DNA of 64,000 nucleotides from an uncultured archaeon (GTDB taxonomy: Archaea; Thermoplasmatota; Thermoplasmata; Thermoplasmatales; Thermoplasmataceae). Location of the stretch: NCBI GenBank assembly GCA_000965745.1, contig CP009479.1, forward strand, positions 2,080,001 through 2,144,000. The letters run 5' to 3'. A model generated the notes under the pieces. It searched no databases and was not told the DNA's origin. It saw only the letters and a program-made list of their open reading frames with translations. The position numbers and the translations under genes are program-made. Positions 38,568 through 49,148 of the stretch are shown here, piece by piece (position 1 is the stretch's first letter; every line of letters begins with the position of its first letter).

Positions 38568-40238
38568 ATGGCAGACAATAATTATGGAGGAGCTAAGAGG
38601 ACAGGCCCGTTTACGGGGATAGAATTCAGGAGCAGGCAGGTGACCCTCATACTAGGGTCAGCCGGAGCAACAGGGTTTCTCCTGATGACCTATGAGTATA
38701 CAGGAATACTTTACCTTCTCGTGGGAGCTGCAATGGCAGGTCTAGTCCTGTTCGGGATACTCCTCAAGCCGGTCATTGAAAGAGATACGAAGAAGAACGA
38801 CATAAACTCGAATATACCATTTTTTGTGACAGCCTTTGCAACCCTCGCCACAAGCGATTCGAACAGGATTACGCAGCTGGATATACTGTCGAAGAAAGAC
38901 AAGCTGGGGCTGATCCGGGAAGATCTCGGGAAGATCGTGAACCTTGTCCGGAACTGGAAGAGGGGTCTGTCCGAGGCTTCCATGCTTCTTGCTGAGAAGA
39001 CCCCTAGCGATGTTTTCGCAGACTTTCTTTCAAGGTTTGCACACGCTATCGACAGCGGGCAGGACTTTGACGACTTTGTCAAGACTGAGGCAAACACCGT
39101 CATGAGCAATTTTGAGACCGCATACCAGTCAGCCCTCTACACGTTTGAGCTTTACAAGGACCTCTACGTTTCAATGCTACTGGCCTTTGCATTCCTGATC
39201 ACATTTGTCATGATAATGCCCGTGCTGATTCCAATAAATGTCATAACAGTCCTCGTGCTGAGCCTGATGGTAGTTGCCCTTGGGGAAACTATGCTTGTAT
39301 ACGGGATCAAGATAGTTCTGCCCAACGACCCTGTATGGCACGACACTGGAATAAAATCGGAAGTGCAGCTCAAACTGGAGAGGATATACAAATTTGCACT
39401 GATTGGATCCGGAGGAATAGGTGCGGGACTATATCTCTCAGGAGTTCTCTCGGTTCTTCCGGTTTATTTCATCATACCCATCGTCATGACCCCGCTGGCT
39501 TATCCGAGCTATCTCGGCTCCAAATATGAAAGGAAAGTTGCGAAGAACGACGATATGTTCGGAAGCTTCATAAGATCGCTTTCGGGGTCTGCATCGGCAA
39601 GGGGGAATCTTGTGATCGATGCCCTGAAAGCAATAGTCCTCCATGACTTCGGCGTACTCACCAAGGATGTGAGGAACCTTTACAAGAGACTGAAGTACAG
39701 GGTAAACAGCATAACCGCGTGGAAGTATTTCAGCGCAGACACTGGATCGCACCTTATAGAGGTCTTCTCAGGAACATTCGTGGAGAGCATTGATCTTGGT
39801 GCGGATGCAGAAATGGCCGGAGACATTGTTGCAAGAAACTTTGACCGTGTCGTGAGAATGAGAAGAAGAAGGCATGCTGCGGCACAGAGCTACATAGGAG
39901 TGCTGTATGGAATCACCGGCGGCCTTGCATTTGCCCTGGGGATATCATTCGGAGTGCTCAAGATCATAAACCAGATATTCACAACTTTCAGCACCTCGAC
40001 ACTCACCAACTTCGGCATCTTCGTGGGGCAGCCTGCAAACTCGATACTGCTGATACAGATATTCATATCGCTCATCCTCTACGTGCACTCCATAATAGCC
40101 GGCCTCGCACTCAAGATTGCAGATGGCGGGAAGATGATATTCGGAGTCCATCACGCAGTTATGATGAGCTGGATTGTAGCAGTTGTTATATACGGAACGC
40201 TTCAGATCACGGGCGCAATACTCGCAGGGGCCCTCTGA
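38568..40238 (+). CDS. flaJ: Archaellum platform membrane protein FlaJ/ArlJ
   Basis: T2SSF-like duplicated architecture, DFLSRFA, HDFG; follows flaI. Confidence 0.94.
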   Translation: MADNNYGGAKRTGPFTGIEFRSRQVTLILGSAGATGFLLMTYEYTGILYLLVGAAMAGLVLFGILLKPVIERDTKKNDINSNIPFFVTAFATLATSDSNRITQLDILSKKDKLGLIREDLGKIVNLVRNWKRGLSEASMLLAEKTPSDVFADFLSRFAHAIDSGQDFDDFVKTEANTVMSNFETAYQSALYTFELYKDLYVSMLLAFAFLITFVMIMPVLIPINVITVLVLSLMVVALGETMLVYGIKIVLPNDPVWHDTGIKSEVQLKLERIYKFALIGSGGIGAGLYLSGVLSVLPVYFIIPIVMTPLAYPSYLGSKYERKVAKNDDMFGSFIRSLSGSASARGNLVIDALKAIVLHDFGVLTKDVRNLYKRLKYRVNSITAWKYFSADTGSHLIEVFSGTFVESIDLGADAEMAGDIVARNFDRVVRMRRRRHAAAQSYIGVLYGITGGLAFALGISFGVLKIINQIFTTFSTSTLTNFGIFVGQPANSILLIQIFISLILYVHSIIAGLALKIADGGKMIFGVHHAVMMSWIVAVVIYGTLQITGAILAGAL

Positions 40239-40307
40239 TTGCAGTAGTTTCACCTAGCTACAGGGAGCCACAGTAAGAATAAAATAGCTTCAAGAAACTA
40301 CAGTAGG

Positions 40308-43300
40308 ATGATTGACGCCTCCAGCGCCAAAAAATCCCTGAAAAGGTTTGTGGGGTTCGTCGAAGAAATAATGGATACTGACGATGCTGAGTCAAGGGAC
40401 TCAAAACTGTCAGGACTTATTTCGTATGTGAATGAGAACCGCGACATTATAAAGGAGGCGGCAACCGAGGAAACTTCACAGCTTATATCATATCTTGTCG
40501 TAAACATTTATAAATCAGGCTCGTCAAAGCTGGATGAGCTTCTTGAAGTGGTCAAGTCGATAGATCCTGAAAACCCGATTGTGGGGGAGTATGAAATAGT
40601 CAGCCTCCTGGACAGGGACAAATATGGGGAGATTATCGAAAGAGTAACATCCGACAGGAAATTCTGCAGCTCGGCAGGAATTATGGAAGTCCTGAAGAAG
40701 AGTGCCATCAGATCAGGCACTTTTGGGCCCGTAGTCACTTATTACGCACAGTGCGGGATGTTCGATGAAGAACTGTTCCGGTCCTACACGGAGAAGGAAC
40801 AGGATGACGGGGTAAATGCCCAGCTGATTGAACAGTACCGGGAAAATAGCATGGACGAGGAGCTGATTCGCCTCCTGGAACTGATTGTAACCACGAATGA
40901 GAAGCCTGGGTACAGGGTCGACCTTGCAAGGCTGTATGTAAAGCATAAAGAGAAAGGGAAGCTGGAACAACTCCTCAAAGACATTGACCCATCGGATGTG
41001 GATAGCTTGAAAGACTATCTCGACGTGGTTGGGGCCCACGAACTTGTATCCGATTATTCCCGGGCACTCCTTTTTGCCACATCGGGGCTGGCGACCCATA
41101 GAGCGAACAGAGACCTTATGCTGCAGAAAGCGCGGATGCTCATAATGCTCAGGAGAGAGGGTGAAGCAGCTGATGCCCTGTCTGAACTTGTGGAAACGTT
41201 TCCCAAGGACAGTGAGGCAATAAGGCTGGTTTCCAGCATTTACTACAAATCCGGAGACTACAAGAACACTCTCAAGTACCTTGGACTGCTTGGCGAGCTT
41301 GTTGAGTATGACCTTTCAGACTATCTGATGCTTATTGATGCCAGGATAAACCTTTCCCTGTTCGATGAGGCAGCAAAGAACATAACCGGCGCGACTTCGC
41401 GGTTCGGGAAGAGCCTTGAACTTCTGAGATACAAGCTCTGGCTGGAGAGAATAATCAACGATCAGTCAAAGGCGTATTCAACATCCCTCGAGATTCTGGA
41501 ACTTGATACGCTGAATAAGGATGCCCTGGAGATCAAATTCAATTATCTGTTTGACAAGGAAGAATACAAGAGATTTGCAGATGAATATGAAGATGTAATG
41601 GTTGAAGAGGTAAGGAAGGAGTTCCTTGACCGCCTGGCCGCTAGCTTCATTTACCTGAACAGGTTCAAGGAGTTCTTTTCACTGACTGCACAGAACAGCG
41701 AAACCATTGACAGTGGACATGTCATGGATGCGATCTTCTATGTTGTGAGGGATGATGAGAAGATAGAGTCCCTGAAGCGCATGATTGAAGGTACTAGAAA
41801 AGGCCATGGTGTTGGCATGCTGATAGTGCTGAACAAGATCCTCGGTGTCAAGCCACCCTATGAGGGGAAAGCTTCCGATCTGGCCGTTTCATCGAAATCT
41901 TATGCCCTCGGGTACATAGTATGCATGGAAAGCATAAACTTCAAGGAAAAAACCTCTACTGACGAAGCTGAGCGCATCCTGTCGACTACGGGTTTCAAGG
42001 AAATATCTGAAACTGTTGACCTCATAAGAAACATCTATTCTGGCAGGCAGGAAAACAAGGCGAGCCTCAGTGACTCCCCGAGGCTCATGTATCCCGTGGT
42101 TTCCGCACTGGTCGACATAGGGGACAACAAGTCTGCAAGGGCCGTCCTTGACAGTTCCTACGACAGCAAGCTTGTTGACCCTTTCTATTACTATTATGAT
42201 GCAATTCTTCAGTTCAGGAAGGGGAACACGGGTGCTGCAAGAAAGAGCGTGAGAAAAGCCCTTGCAAGGCTTACCAACATATCGTTCCTGACACTTGAGG
42301 CCGAGATACTCCTTTCTGAGGAAGATGTTGATGAGATCAGGGAATCACTCGTCAAGCTAGCGGACAGGGGAGTAATACAGAACATAAATTTTGAAGAAGT
42401 TTACAGCTACGTTATATCCAAAGGGGATTACACAGCGGGAGAAAGCATGGTCGAGTCCCTGAAGCCGTTCAATATAGACAATTTCTGGTTGAACAAGCTG
42501 ATCAGGGATGTCCTGGTCCAGAAAAATGAGCTTGAGGAGGCGCTGAAGTACTCAGAGCTTGTTGTCACCAGCAAGAAAAGGGGATTTGATGACATAAGAA
42601 GGCATGTCAACCTGCTTGAGAGGCTGGGGATGAAGAAGGAGAGGCTTGCATTCCTGATCTCCAACAGTGGGGAGCATGAGAGTGCAACGATAGACCTCTG
42701 GATAGGTGACGAGTACTATCTGGAAGGGGATTTTGAAGGTGCCCTGGAATATTATGAATCCGCCATAAAAAAAGGGCTCGACCCATCGGAAATTGCCAGT
42801 TATGCGGACACCCTTCTTGAAACAGGAAAACTTGAGGAAGCTGCAAAAATAATCAAGCGCATGTCTGAGCCCGGCATACTGCAGATCAAGCTTTACTATG
42901 AACAGGGGAGGATTGAGGACATAATTGGCCTGATGAAGAGTTCAGACATTATTAAGGATGGCGAGGAGGAGGCACTCACCTATATTGCGCAGAAACTCTG
43001 GAAAAACCGCCTTATCAGGGATGCACTCATAAAGACTTACAGAAGTGAGGGGTACCAGTTCCTGGGAAAGCTGATTTCCAGGAAAATGATTGATGCTGAG
43101 GATTACGAAGGGGCTGAAAACATTCTTGAGAACCTTCTGAAGAATTACCCCTCCGATATTGAGAGTGTGGCCGCACTGGCCGATGTCTATGTCAGGCTCG
43201 GGAAGGACGGGGAGGCAATAGGTCTTATGCTCAATTCCATGAAGAACTGCACCGGTTTTGACCAGAGCATGCTTCTCGTGAACAGGATCATGAGGACCTA

Positions 43301-44030
43301 TTTCGAGAACAGGCAGTACGAATCAGTCACAAAATTCTTCGAGACGAACCGTGACTATGTGGACAGAAACTCCGTGCAGTTTATCATAAGGAGCTATATT
43401 GCGCTTGAGGAGTACGACGAGGCGGAGAAGCTCCTGGGCAAATTCGAGGGAAACCTGGTTGACAGGGACCTGAACAGCGAGATGCTGGAGGAAATCAGGG
43501 CAAAAAGGGAATTCAGCGAAATACTGATTTACGTCAGGAGGCTCCTCAAGCTCGAGTACAAGGCCGGGAAGATATTTGACATGAAGGAGGCGCTTTACAA
43601 GGCAGAAATCCCCATAGAGAAGATAGAGGAGGTCTTCAATTTCCTCAATACCGAGGATTACTACACCGAAATAAATGAGGAAAAATACGAGATACTGTCA
43701 AGGGACGTTTTCCAGGAGATAGCCAAGAAAACGCGGGTGGAGTCCATCAGGGACATAAAGATAAACATAATATTCAACAACCTGCCAAGCAGGGATGTGA
43801 TTGTCTCCAAGAACCTTTACATTTACATTAAGCGCTGCCTCAGCGTGGTCAGAGAGCCGAAGACTGAAGACGATGTCCTTATGAAGCTCCTCAGGATCGC
43901 CCTGAGGGATAAACTCAGGGCCGAGCCATTAAACGTTGCGGTTAACCTTAATGTAGGCATATCCGATGCCCTTGAAGTAATATCCCTGATGAAATACATG
44001 GAGGACATGAACAGGAAAGGTGGATTCTGA
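40308..44030 (+). CDS. Large tetratricopeptide-repeat (TPR) protein
   Basis: 1240 aa, all-helical, repeated TPR-like motifs (e.g. GDFEGALEYYESAI, EDYEGAENILENLL..YP). Confidence 0.8.
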   Translation: MIDASSAKKSLKRFVGFVEEIMDTDDAESRDSKLSGLISYVNENRDIIKEAATEETSQLISYLVVNIYKSGSSKLDELLEVVKSIDPENPIVGEYEIVSLLDRDKYGEIIERVTSDRKFCSSAGIMEVLKKSAIRSGTFGPVVTYYAQCGMFDEELFRSYTEKEQDDGVNAQLIEQYRENSMDEELIRLLELIVTTNEKPGYRVDLARLYVKHKEKGKLEQLLKDIDPSDVDSLKDYLDVVGAHELVSDYSRALLFATSGLATHRANRDLMLQKARMLIMLRREGEAADALSELVETFPKDSEAIRLVSSIYYKSGDYKNTLKYLGLLGELVEYDLSDYLMLIDARINLSLFDEAAKNITGATSRFGKSLELLRYKLWLERIINDQSKAYSTSLEILELDTLNKDALEIKFNYLFDKEEYKRFADEYEDVMVEEVRKEFLDRLAASFIYLNRFKEFFSLTAQNSETIDSGHVMDAIFYVVRDDEKIESLKRMIEGTRKGHGVGMLIVLNKILGVKPPYEGKASDLAVSSKSYALGYIVCMESINFKEKTSTDEAERILSTTGFKEISETVDLIRNIYSGRQENKASLSDSPRLMYPVVSALVDIGDNKSARAVLDSSYDSKLVDPFYYYYDAILQFRKGNTGAARKSVRKALARLTNISFLTLEAEILLSEEDVDEIRESLVKLADRGVIQNINFEEVYSYVISKGDYTAGESMVESLKPFNIDNFWLNKLIRDVLVQKNELEEALKYSELVVTSKKRGFDDIRRHVNLLERLGMKKERLAFLISNSGEHESATIDLWIGDEYYLEGDFEGALEYYESAIKKGLDPSEIASYADTLLETGKLEEAAKIIKRMSEPGILQIKLYYEQGRIEDIIGLMKSSDIIKDGEEEALTYIAQKLWKNRLIRDALIKTYRSEGYQFLGKLISRKMIDAEDYEGAENILENLLKNYPSDIESVAALADVYVRLGKDGEAIGLMLNSMKNCTGFDQSMLLVNRIMRTYFENRQYESVTKFFETNRDYVDRNSVQFIIRSYIALEEYDEAEKLLGKFEGNLVDRDLNSEMLEEIRAKREFSEILIYVRRLLKLEYKAGKIFDMKEALYKAEIPIEKIEEVFNFLNTEDYYTEINEEKYEILSRDVFQEIAKKTRVESIRDIKINIIFNNLPSRDVIVSKNLYIYIKRCLSVVREPKTEDDVLMKLLRIALRDKLRAEPLNVAVNLNVGISDALEVISLMKYMEDMNRKGGF

Positions 44031-44645
44031 TTGAGGACCGTCCCTCGATATATGACTGCAGAAGTGAAGGACATTGGAGTTTCAGTGGTAGTCCTTACCG
44101 CTGCGTTTACACTTCTCCTGTACAGATACAACAAGGAGGCTTTTGGAGGATCAGTAGGAGTAATAGCAATAGCCAGTTTCCTCATAGTTCTGACCGCATT
44201 CCTCATGCATGAAATGGCACACCGCTTCGTTGCAAGAAGCTTCGGTGGAATAGCCTTCTTCAAGATGTGGCTTCCCGGGATACTCCTTATCCTTGTCACG
44301 TCAATATTCGGCATTATATTCGCTGCTCCAGGGGCCGTCAACATAGGCGGCATCTTCAGGAAGGACCAGATCGGCAAGACCGCACTGGCAGGACCTGCCA
44401 CCAATCTAGGCATAGGAATACTTCTCTATGCTGCGCTATTCTTCGTCCCGCTTACAAGCTCGACCATGATCGTGTACAGTGTCATGTACTGGATGGCGGG
44501 CCTGAACCTCTGGTTCGCCCTCTTCAACCTCATACCGATACCTCCCTTCGACGGGCAGAAGATATACAAGTGGGATCTGCACATCTACATAGTCATAGTG
44601 GCTGTTGCACTTGTAATGAATTTCCTGAACGGGCCGTTCCTATGA
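44031..44645 (+). CDS. Site-2 protease (M50) intramembrane metalloprotease
   Basis: HEMAH, AGPATN, FNLIPIPPFDG; TTG directly after the TPR stop. Confidence 0.93.
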   Translation: MRTVPRYMTAEVKDIGVSVVVLTAAFTLLLYRYNKEAFGGSVGVIAIASFLIVLTAFLMHEMAHRFVARSFGGIAFFKMWLPGILLILVTSIFGIIFAAPGAVNIGGIFRKDQIGKTALAGPATNLGIGILLYAALFFVPLTSSTMIVYSVMYWMAGLNLWFALFNLIPIPPFDGQKIYKWDLHIYIVIVAVALVMNFLNGPFL

Positions 44646-44942
44646 TTTCAGAAACAGCTTTTCAGCCGGAACTTCGTTCCCCTCGGCGGGCTTAACGAAA
44701 AAGATTGTGTTTTCGCCGACCTCTATCTTGTAGGCTATATCAAACTGCAGAATCTCGCCGCCGTCCACCCTGATGTTGGTTTCAGACGAGGATTTCAGAA
44801 TCTCCCAGGCACCTGCGGATGGCTTCATTATCAAGCCCAGATAAAACGGGTTCCTGGAGGCAACAAAATAACTTTCAACATCGCTCATGACTTCCTGCTG
44901 GTTCCTGAAATACACCACTGAAATTTTCATAGACGACACCAT
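44640..44942 (-). CDS. Hypothetical protein
   Basis: Fills the gap between S2P and the next operon; TATA-like element upstream; plausible composition. Confidence 0.6.
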   Translation of the reverse strand: MVSSMKISVVYFRNQQEVMSDVESYFVASRNPFYLGLIMKPSAGAWEILKSSSETNIRVDGGEILQFDIAYKIEVGENTIFFVKPAEGNEVPAEKLFLKS

Positions 44943-45077
44943 CTTTTAAGCCGGAATAAGGAGAATACACAACGATTATATATTCTCCCATTATTCTGCG
45001 TTTGCTATCTATATAGCATTGGTACCTTTAATCCTTGGGGGTATTGAAATTCCCTTAATGATAAAGATCAGGGAGAA

Positions 45078-45254
45078 ATGAACAAAATGGAATATAAGGA
45101 AAATTGTACATCCTGTGGAATAGGGCTCGTCGAAAGCGGCTATTCCATATTTGACTGCCCCAGTTGCGGGGAAGAGACTATCGGAAGATGCAAGGACTGC
45201 AGGGAACACTCTACACAGTATACGTGTTCCAAGTGCGGGTTTACGGGGCCGTGA
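45078..45254 (+). CDS. Small Zn-ribbon protein (DUF1610/HVO_2753-like), missed by the ORF track
   Basis: Translated by hand: [14 protein letters not shown]...CPSCG...CKDCR...[11 protein letters not shown], four CxxC; conserved position before aEF-1beta. Confidence 0.92.
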   Translation: MNKMEYKENCTSCGIGLVESGYSIFDCPSCGEETIGRCKDCREHSTQYTCSKCGFTGP

Positions 45255-45264
45255 GGGTTTAGAA

Positions 45265-45531
45265 ATGGGCGATGTAGCAGTTGTCTTGAAAGTATTGCCT
45301 GAAGACTCTGATCTTGACATGGAGAGCCTCAAGACACAGATAGAAGGCGAGATAAAGAATATATGCAAGCTCAACAAGTCAGAGTTGCAGGAGATAGGCT
45401 TTGGCCTCAAAGCAATAAGGCTTGAAATCATTGTCCCCGACGAAGAGGGCAAGATCGACAAGGTTGAGGCCAACATCAGCAGGGTAAAGGGAGTAGGGCA
45501 GATTGACACGGAAGACGTCAGCCTTCTCTAA
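45265..45531 (+). CDS. ef1b: Translation elongation factor aEF-1beta
   Basis: MGDVAVVLKVLPE...IGFGLKAI; start corrected from 45151. Confidence 0.95.
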   Translation: MGDVAVVLKVLPEDSDLDMESLKTQIEGEIKNICKLNKSELQEIGFGLKAIRLEIIVPDEEGKIDKVEANISRVKGVGQIDTEDVSLL

Positions 45532-45566
45532 ACTTTCTTCTGCCTTATCCTGTACTGAATCCTGAA

Positions 45567-46658
45567 ATGCAGATTTATCAGATTCTTGCACCCGTCTGGG
45601 ACTTTTATGTCATTCTCCTGATTCTGGTTACCATAGGGCTGATATTCATCGGCATCCCGAGGAAGCAGAAGGATGACGTTACTGAGGAGTTCGCCCCAAG
45701 AACACTTGTCATGGTGCCATGCAGGGGCCTTGATTTTTCTCTGAAAGAGAATCTGGAATCCATAAAGAACCAGGGCTACGAAAACTATGATGTTGTTGCG
45801 GTTGTTGACAGCGAGGATGACCCGAGCGCTGAGATCCTGAGAGAACTCTCCATTCCGGTTATTGTGTCATCCTTCAAGTGCACAAACTGCAGCGGCAAGA
45901 CAAAAGCACTGAGCACTGCCATAGAGCAGAATCCGGACTATGAAGCGTATGTCATAACCGATTCAGACATAACAGTGAGCAAAGATTGGCTGAAGTATCT
46001 CATAGCCCCGCTAAAGAACAATAAAATCGGGCTTTCCACAACATTCCCGTATTTTAATCCGGTGGGTGGATTCTGGTCAAAGGTCAAGGCTGTGTGGGGC
46101 ATAGTCGGCCAGAGCCTCATGGAGTCAGACCTGACCAGGTTCGGCTGGGGCGGTTCTCTGGCGTTCATGAAAGACCTTGTGGATGAGAGGTCATTCCTGA
46201 AATTTTCGGAATCTGTCTCGGACGATACGGCCCTTTCATCAGTGTGCAGGGAAAAAGGGCTCAAGATCAGCTATTCCCGGAGAGCACAGCCTACAATAAA
46301 CTCGCCGGATGACTTTGGCACCTTTTTTGAGTGGGCAAACAGGCAGACCGCCCTCTCGATATCTGCAACAAGGCGCGTATTCCACTATGGCGTAACAGTA
46401 TACGTATCAGAGATACTTGTTTTCCTTTCGGCAATAATGCTTTCTGCTTTCTATTCTCCACTGTTCCTCCTGCTTTTCACACCCACTCTCCTGAGTGTGT
46501 TCAACAACGCAAGGCGATCAAGGGAGATCTTCCCGATGCTCTTCCTTATCACGCTCATGCTTCCATTCCTTTTCCTGATCAACCTGCTGATTGCAAACAG
46601 CATGGAGGAGATAAGGTGGAGGGGGCGGACGTACAGACTGCAGAAGCAGAAGACATGA
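45567..46658 (+). CDS. Membrane glycosyltransferase (GT2/GT21, ceramide-glucosyltransferase-like)
   Basis: N-terminal TM, PCRG, SGK, DSD, WGGS, SDD, WANRQ, C-terminal WRGRTY. Confidence 0.85.
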   Translation: MQIYQILAPVWDFYVILLILVTIGLIFIGIPRKQKDDVTEEFAPRTLVMVPCRGLDFSLKENLESIKNQGYENYDVVAVVDSEDDPSAEILRELSIPVIVSSFKCTNCSGKTKALSTAIEQNPDYEAYVITDSDITVSKDWLKYLIAPLKNNKIGLSTTFPYFNPVGGFWSKVKAVWGIVGQSLMESDLTRFGWGGSLAFMKDLVDERSFLKFSESVSDDTALSSVCREKGLKISYSRRAQPTINSPDDFGTFFEWANRQTALSISATRRVFHYGVTVYVSEILVFLSAIMLSAFYSPLFLLLFTPTLLSVFNNARRSREIFPMLFLITLMLPFLFLINLLIANSMEEIRWRGRTYRLQKQKT

Positions 46659-46700
46659 TTGGAGAACCTAGATTATTATATTTTACAAAGTTAGGGCTTT

Positions 46701-48071
46701 ATGGAAAAAGCCGGAGATGGAGAGTACCCGAGACTTTTCGGGACAAACGGGATAAGGGGAATACCCAATGTTGATCTTACAGCGGAATTCTGTGCTCTGA
46801 TTGGCAGAAGCATAGGGAAGCACTTCTCTTCCGGCACAATTGTAATGGGCCGGGACACCAGATCCACCGGCGATTTCGTTTATTCTTCGGTTCTTTCAGG
46901 GGTACTTTCATCAGGGTCGGATGTGATCGATCTGGGAATCCTCCCGACTCCAGCACTTCAGTATTACTGCAAGACCAGGGGCCTTTACGGCATCGTAATA
47001 ACTGCATCGCACAACCCACCAAGATTCAACGGGATAAAATGCATAGACAGCGACGGGACTGAACTGGACCGCGCTGAAGAGGAGAAGATTGAGAAGATAT
47101 ACTATGCCAGGGACTTCAGTGAAGTGCCTTGGGAAGGCATAGGAAGGGCATATCCGAGGAACGGTGCAATAGACCAGTACCATGACGCCATTCTGGGCCA
47201 GGTTGATGTTGAGAAGATCAGGAGAAAGAAATACAGGGTCCTCGTTGACTCAGGGAACGGTGCTTCATATTTCAGCACCCCGAGGCTGATGGAAAAACTG
47301 GGATGCAGCCTTGTAACGCTTAATGCCAACCCGGACGGGAGATTTTCTTCCAGGGATTCCGAACCCAAGCCGGAGAACCTGAAGGACATAATGTCACTTA
47401 TGAAAACCGGCGGCTTTGACATCGGCGTAGCGCATGACGGGGATGCTGACAGGGCTGTGTTCATAGACGAGACGGGCAAGTTTATCGACGGGGACAAGAC
47501 GCTGAATCTTGTCGTGAGCAGCGTTATCTCCGAAGGCGACAAGGTTGTAACGCCTGTGAGCAGTTCCGATGCCATAGATGAAGTCTGCAGAGAAAAAGGT
47601 GCTGTCCTTGTCAGGACTAAAGTCGGTGCACCGGTTGTGTCAAGGACCATGATAGACGAGAAGGCAATGATTGGCGGTGAGGAGAACGGAGGCGTCATCT
47701 ACGGAAAGCACCAGTATTGCAGGGACGGGGCCATGACTGCTGCTCTTGTGCTGAACCTCATGGCGGAGAATGGGAAGAAAATCTCTGCCCTGATTTCCGG
47801 GCTTCCTGATTACACGATCGTGAAGAGACAGGCTGAGCTAAAGCTGGAGTGGCCCGAGCTTCTCGACAGGCTGGCGGAGCATAGCTCCGTAGAGGAGGCA
47901 GACTTTACGGATGGGCTCAAAGTAATCAGGGAGGATGGCTGGATACTCATTCGCCCTTCCGGCACTGAACCCATAATAAGGATATACGGGCAGTCGAAGT
48001 CTCCTGAAACGGCACGGAAATATTGTGAGGAATTCGTCGGAATAGTTGATGTCCTGCAGGCTCAGACCTGA
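46701..48071 (+). CDS. Phosphoglucosamine mutase/phosphomannomutase
   Basis: FGTNGIRG, TASHNP, DGDADR, GGEENG, RPSGTEP. Confidence 0.95.
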   Translation: MEKAGDGEYPRLFGTNGIRGIPNVDLTAEFCALIGRSIGKHFSSGTIVMGRDTRSTGDFVYSSVLSGVLSSGSDVIDLGILPTPALQYYCKTRGLYGIVITASHNPPRFNGIKCIDSDGTELDRAEEEKIEKIYYARDFSEVPWEGIGRAYPRNGAIDQYHDAILGQVDVEKIRRKKYRVLVDSGNGASYFSTPRLMEKLGCSLVTLNANPDGRFSSRDSEPKPENLKDIMSLMKTGGFDIGVAHDGDADRAVFIDETGKFIDGDKTLNLVVSSVISEGDKVVTPVSSSDAIDEVCREKGAVLVRTKVGAPVVSRTMIDEKAMIGGEENGGVIYGKHQYCRDGAMTAALVLNLMAENGKKISALISGLPDYTIVKRQAELKLEWPELLDRLAEHSSVEEADFTDGLKVIREDGWILIRPSGTEPIIRIYGQSKSPETARKYCEEFVGIVDVLQAQT

Positions 48072-48670
48072 TCGAGGGAGTCCTTGAACCGCTTCAGGGC
48101 AGTTATGTTTCCGCCTATTGCAAACCACAGCAGCAGTATGACAGTCACCGTGAATGATATCCCGAGGAGCGGGTAGCTTTCCCTGATGAATATCTGGAGG
48201 ATGATCACCACCAGCATCATGACGAGCCTGTCGGCCCTCCCAAGGACCCCTGAGTAATTGCGCTTCAGCCCAAGAGCCTGGGCCTGCGTTCCCATGTAGC
48301 TTGTAAGTATTACACCGATGATTGCTAGCATCCCGATTGTAATGTTGCCGAAGGGGCTGAAAGTCATTCCCAGTATTATGAAAATGTCGGCATACCTGTC
48401 CAGAACGTGATCTATCAGATCGCCCTTCCTGGAAGCCATGTTTCTCATCCTGGCCACTTTCCCGTCCACTGCGTCAAAAAGTGCGGAGAATATAAGGGCA
48501 ACAAACGCGCCTGCAAGAAACGCGGGAGAGCCGAAGTAATAGAAAATGCCCGTGAGAGCGGCAAGAACAACGGAAATAACCGAAATTGCGTTGGGATTTA
48601 CCGAAAGGAAAAACTTGGAAATAGGCTCAAGCAGCAGATCGAATCTGCCCCTGTAGCTGTCGAGTACCAT
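48062..48670 (-). CDS. CDP-alcohol phosphatidyltransferase (archaeal polar headgroup synthase)
   Basis: DAVDGKVAR...GDLIDHVLDRYAD signature. Confidence 0.94.
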   Translation of the reverse strand: MVLDSYRGRFDLLLEPISKFFLSVNPNAISVISVVLAALTGIFYYFGSPAFLAGAFVALIFSALFDAVDGKVARMRNMASRKGDLIDHVLDRYADIFIILGMTFSPFGNITIGMLAIIGVILTSYMGTQAQALGLKRNYSGVLGRADRLVMMLVVIILQIFIRESYPLLGISFTVTVILLLWFAIGGNITALKRFKDSLDQV

Positions 48671-48695
48671 TCTTGTCACATGATGTATCCGTAAA

Positions 48696-49148
48696 TTATT
48701 TTTTTCTATCTGACTCTATAAGCCTGGAAATTTGATCCGCGACTGAATCCGGTTTTGTGTCAGTTGTGTCGATAACGTGTATCCTGCCTGATGGTAAATG
48801 TTCAAGAGCCTCGTAGTATAGGGTTCCTGAGAGCTGTGCGTCAATATTCTCACGGATCTTGTCCCCGCTGTAGCCCCTTCTTACCATCCTCTGTTCAAGA
48901 ACAGATGCTTCTGTTTCAAGAATAACTGCAATGGTGCAGTCAAGGAGATGGGAAAAATGGGATTGAACTGCATCGCACTCTGAAAAATGCCCCTTCGACC
49001 GGAGGCATCCTATATCGACTTCCCCGCCTTTCAGGCATCCACTGGAGGCGGCAATCTCAGCGGCATCGCAAACGGAATACCCCATTACGGCGAGTATCCC
49101 GGAGACTGTGGTCTTCCCGGTTCCCGGAACACCTGTTATGCAGATCAG
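48696..49148 (-). CDS. Adenylate kinase AK6/Fap7 family; probable CTG start at 49148
   Basis: Frame extends upstream of the tracked ORF as (L)ICITGVPGTGKTT (P-loop); QSHFSHLL, RGYS..KIREN motifs. Confidence 0.88.
   Translation of the reverse strand: MICITGVPGTGKTTVSGILAVMGYSVCDAAEIAASSGCLKGGEVDIGCLRSKGHFSECDAVQSHFSHLLDCTIAVILETEASVLEQRMVRRGYSGDKIRENIDAQLSGTLYYEALEHLPSGRIHVIDTTDTKPDSVADQISRLIESDRKK

Noticed and set aside
45151-45264. N-terminal extension of aEF-1beta in the ORF track
   Set aside because: This stretch belongs to the Zn-ribbon gene in another frame; the true start is 45265
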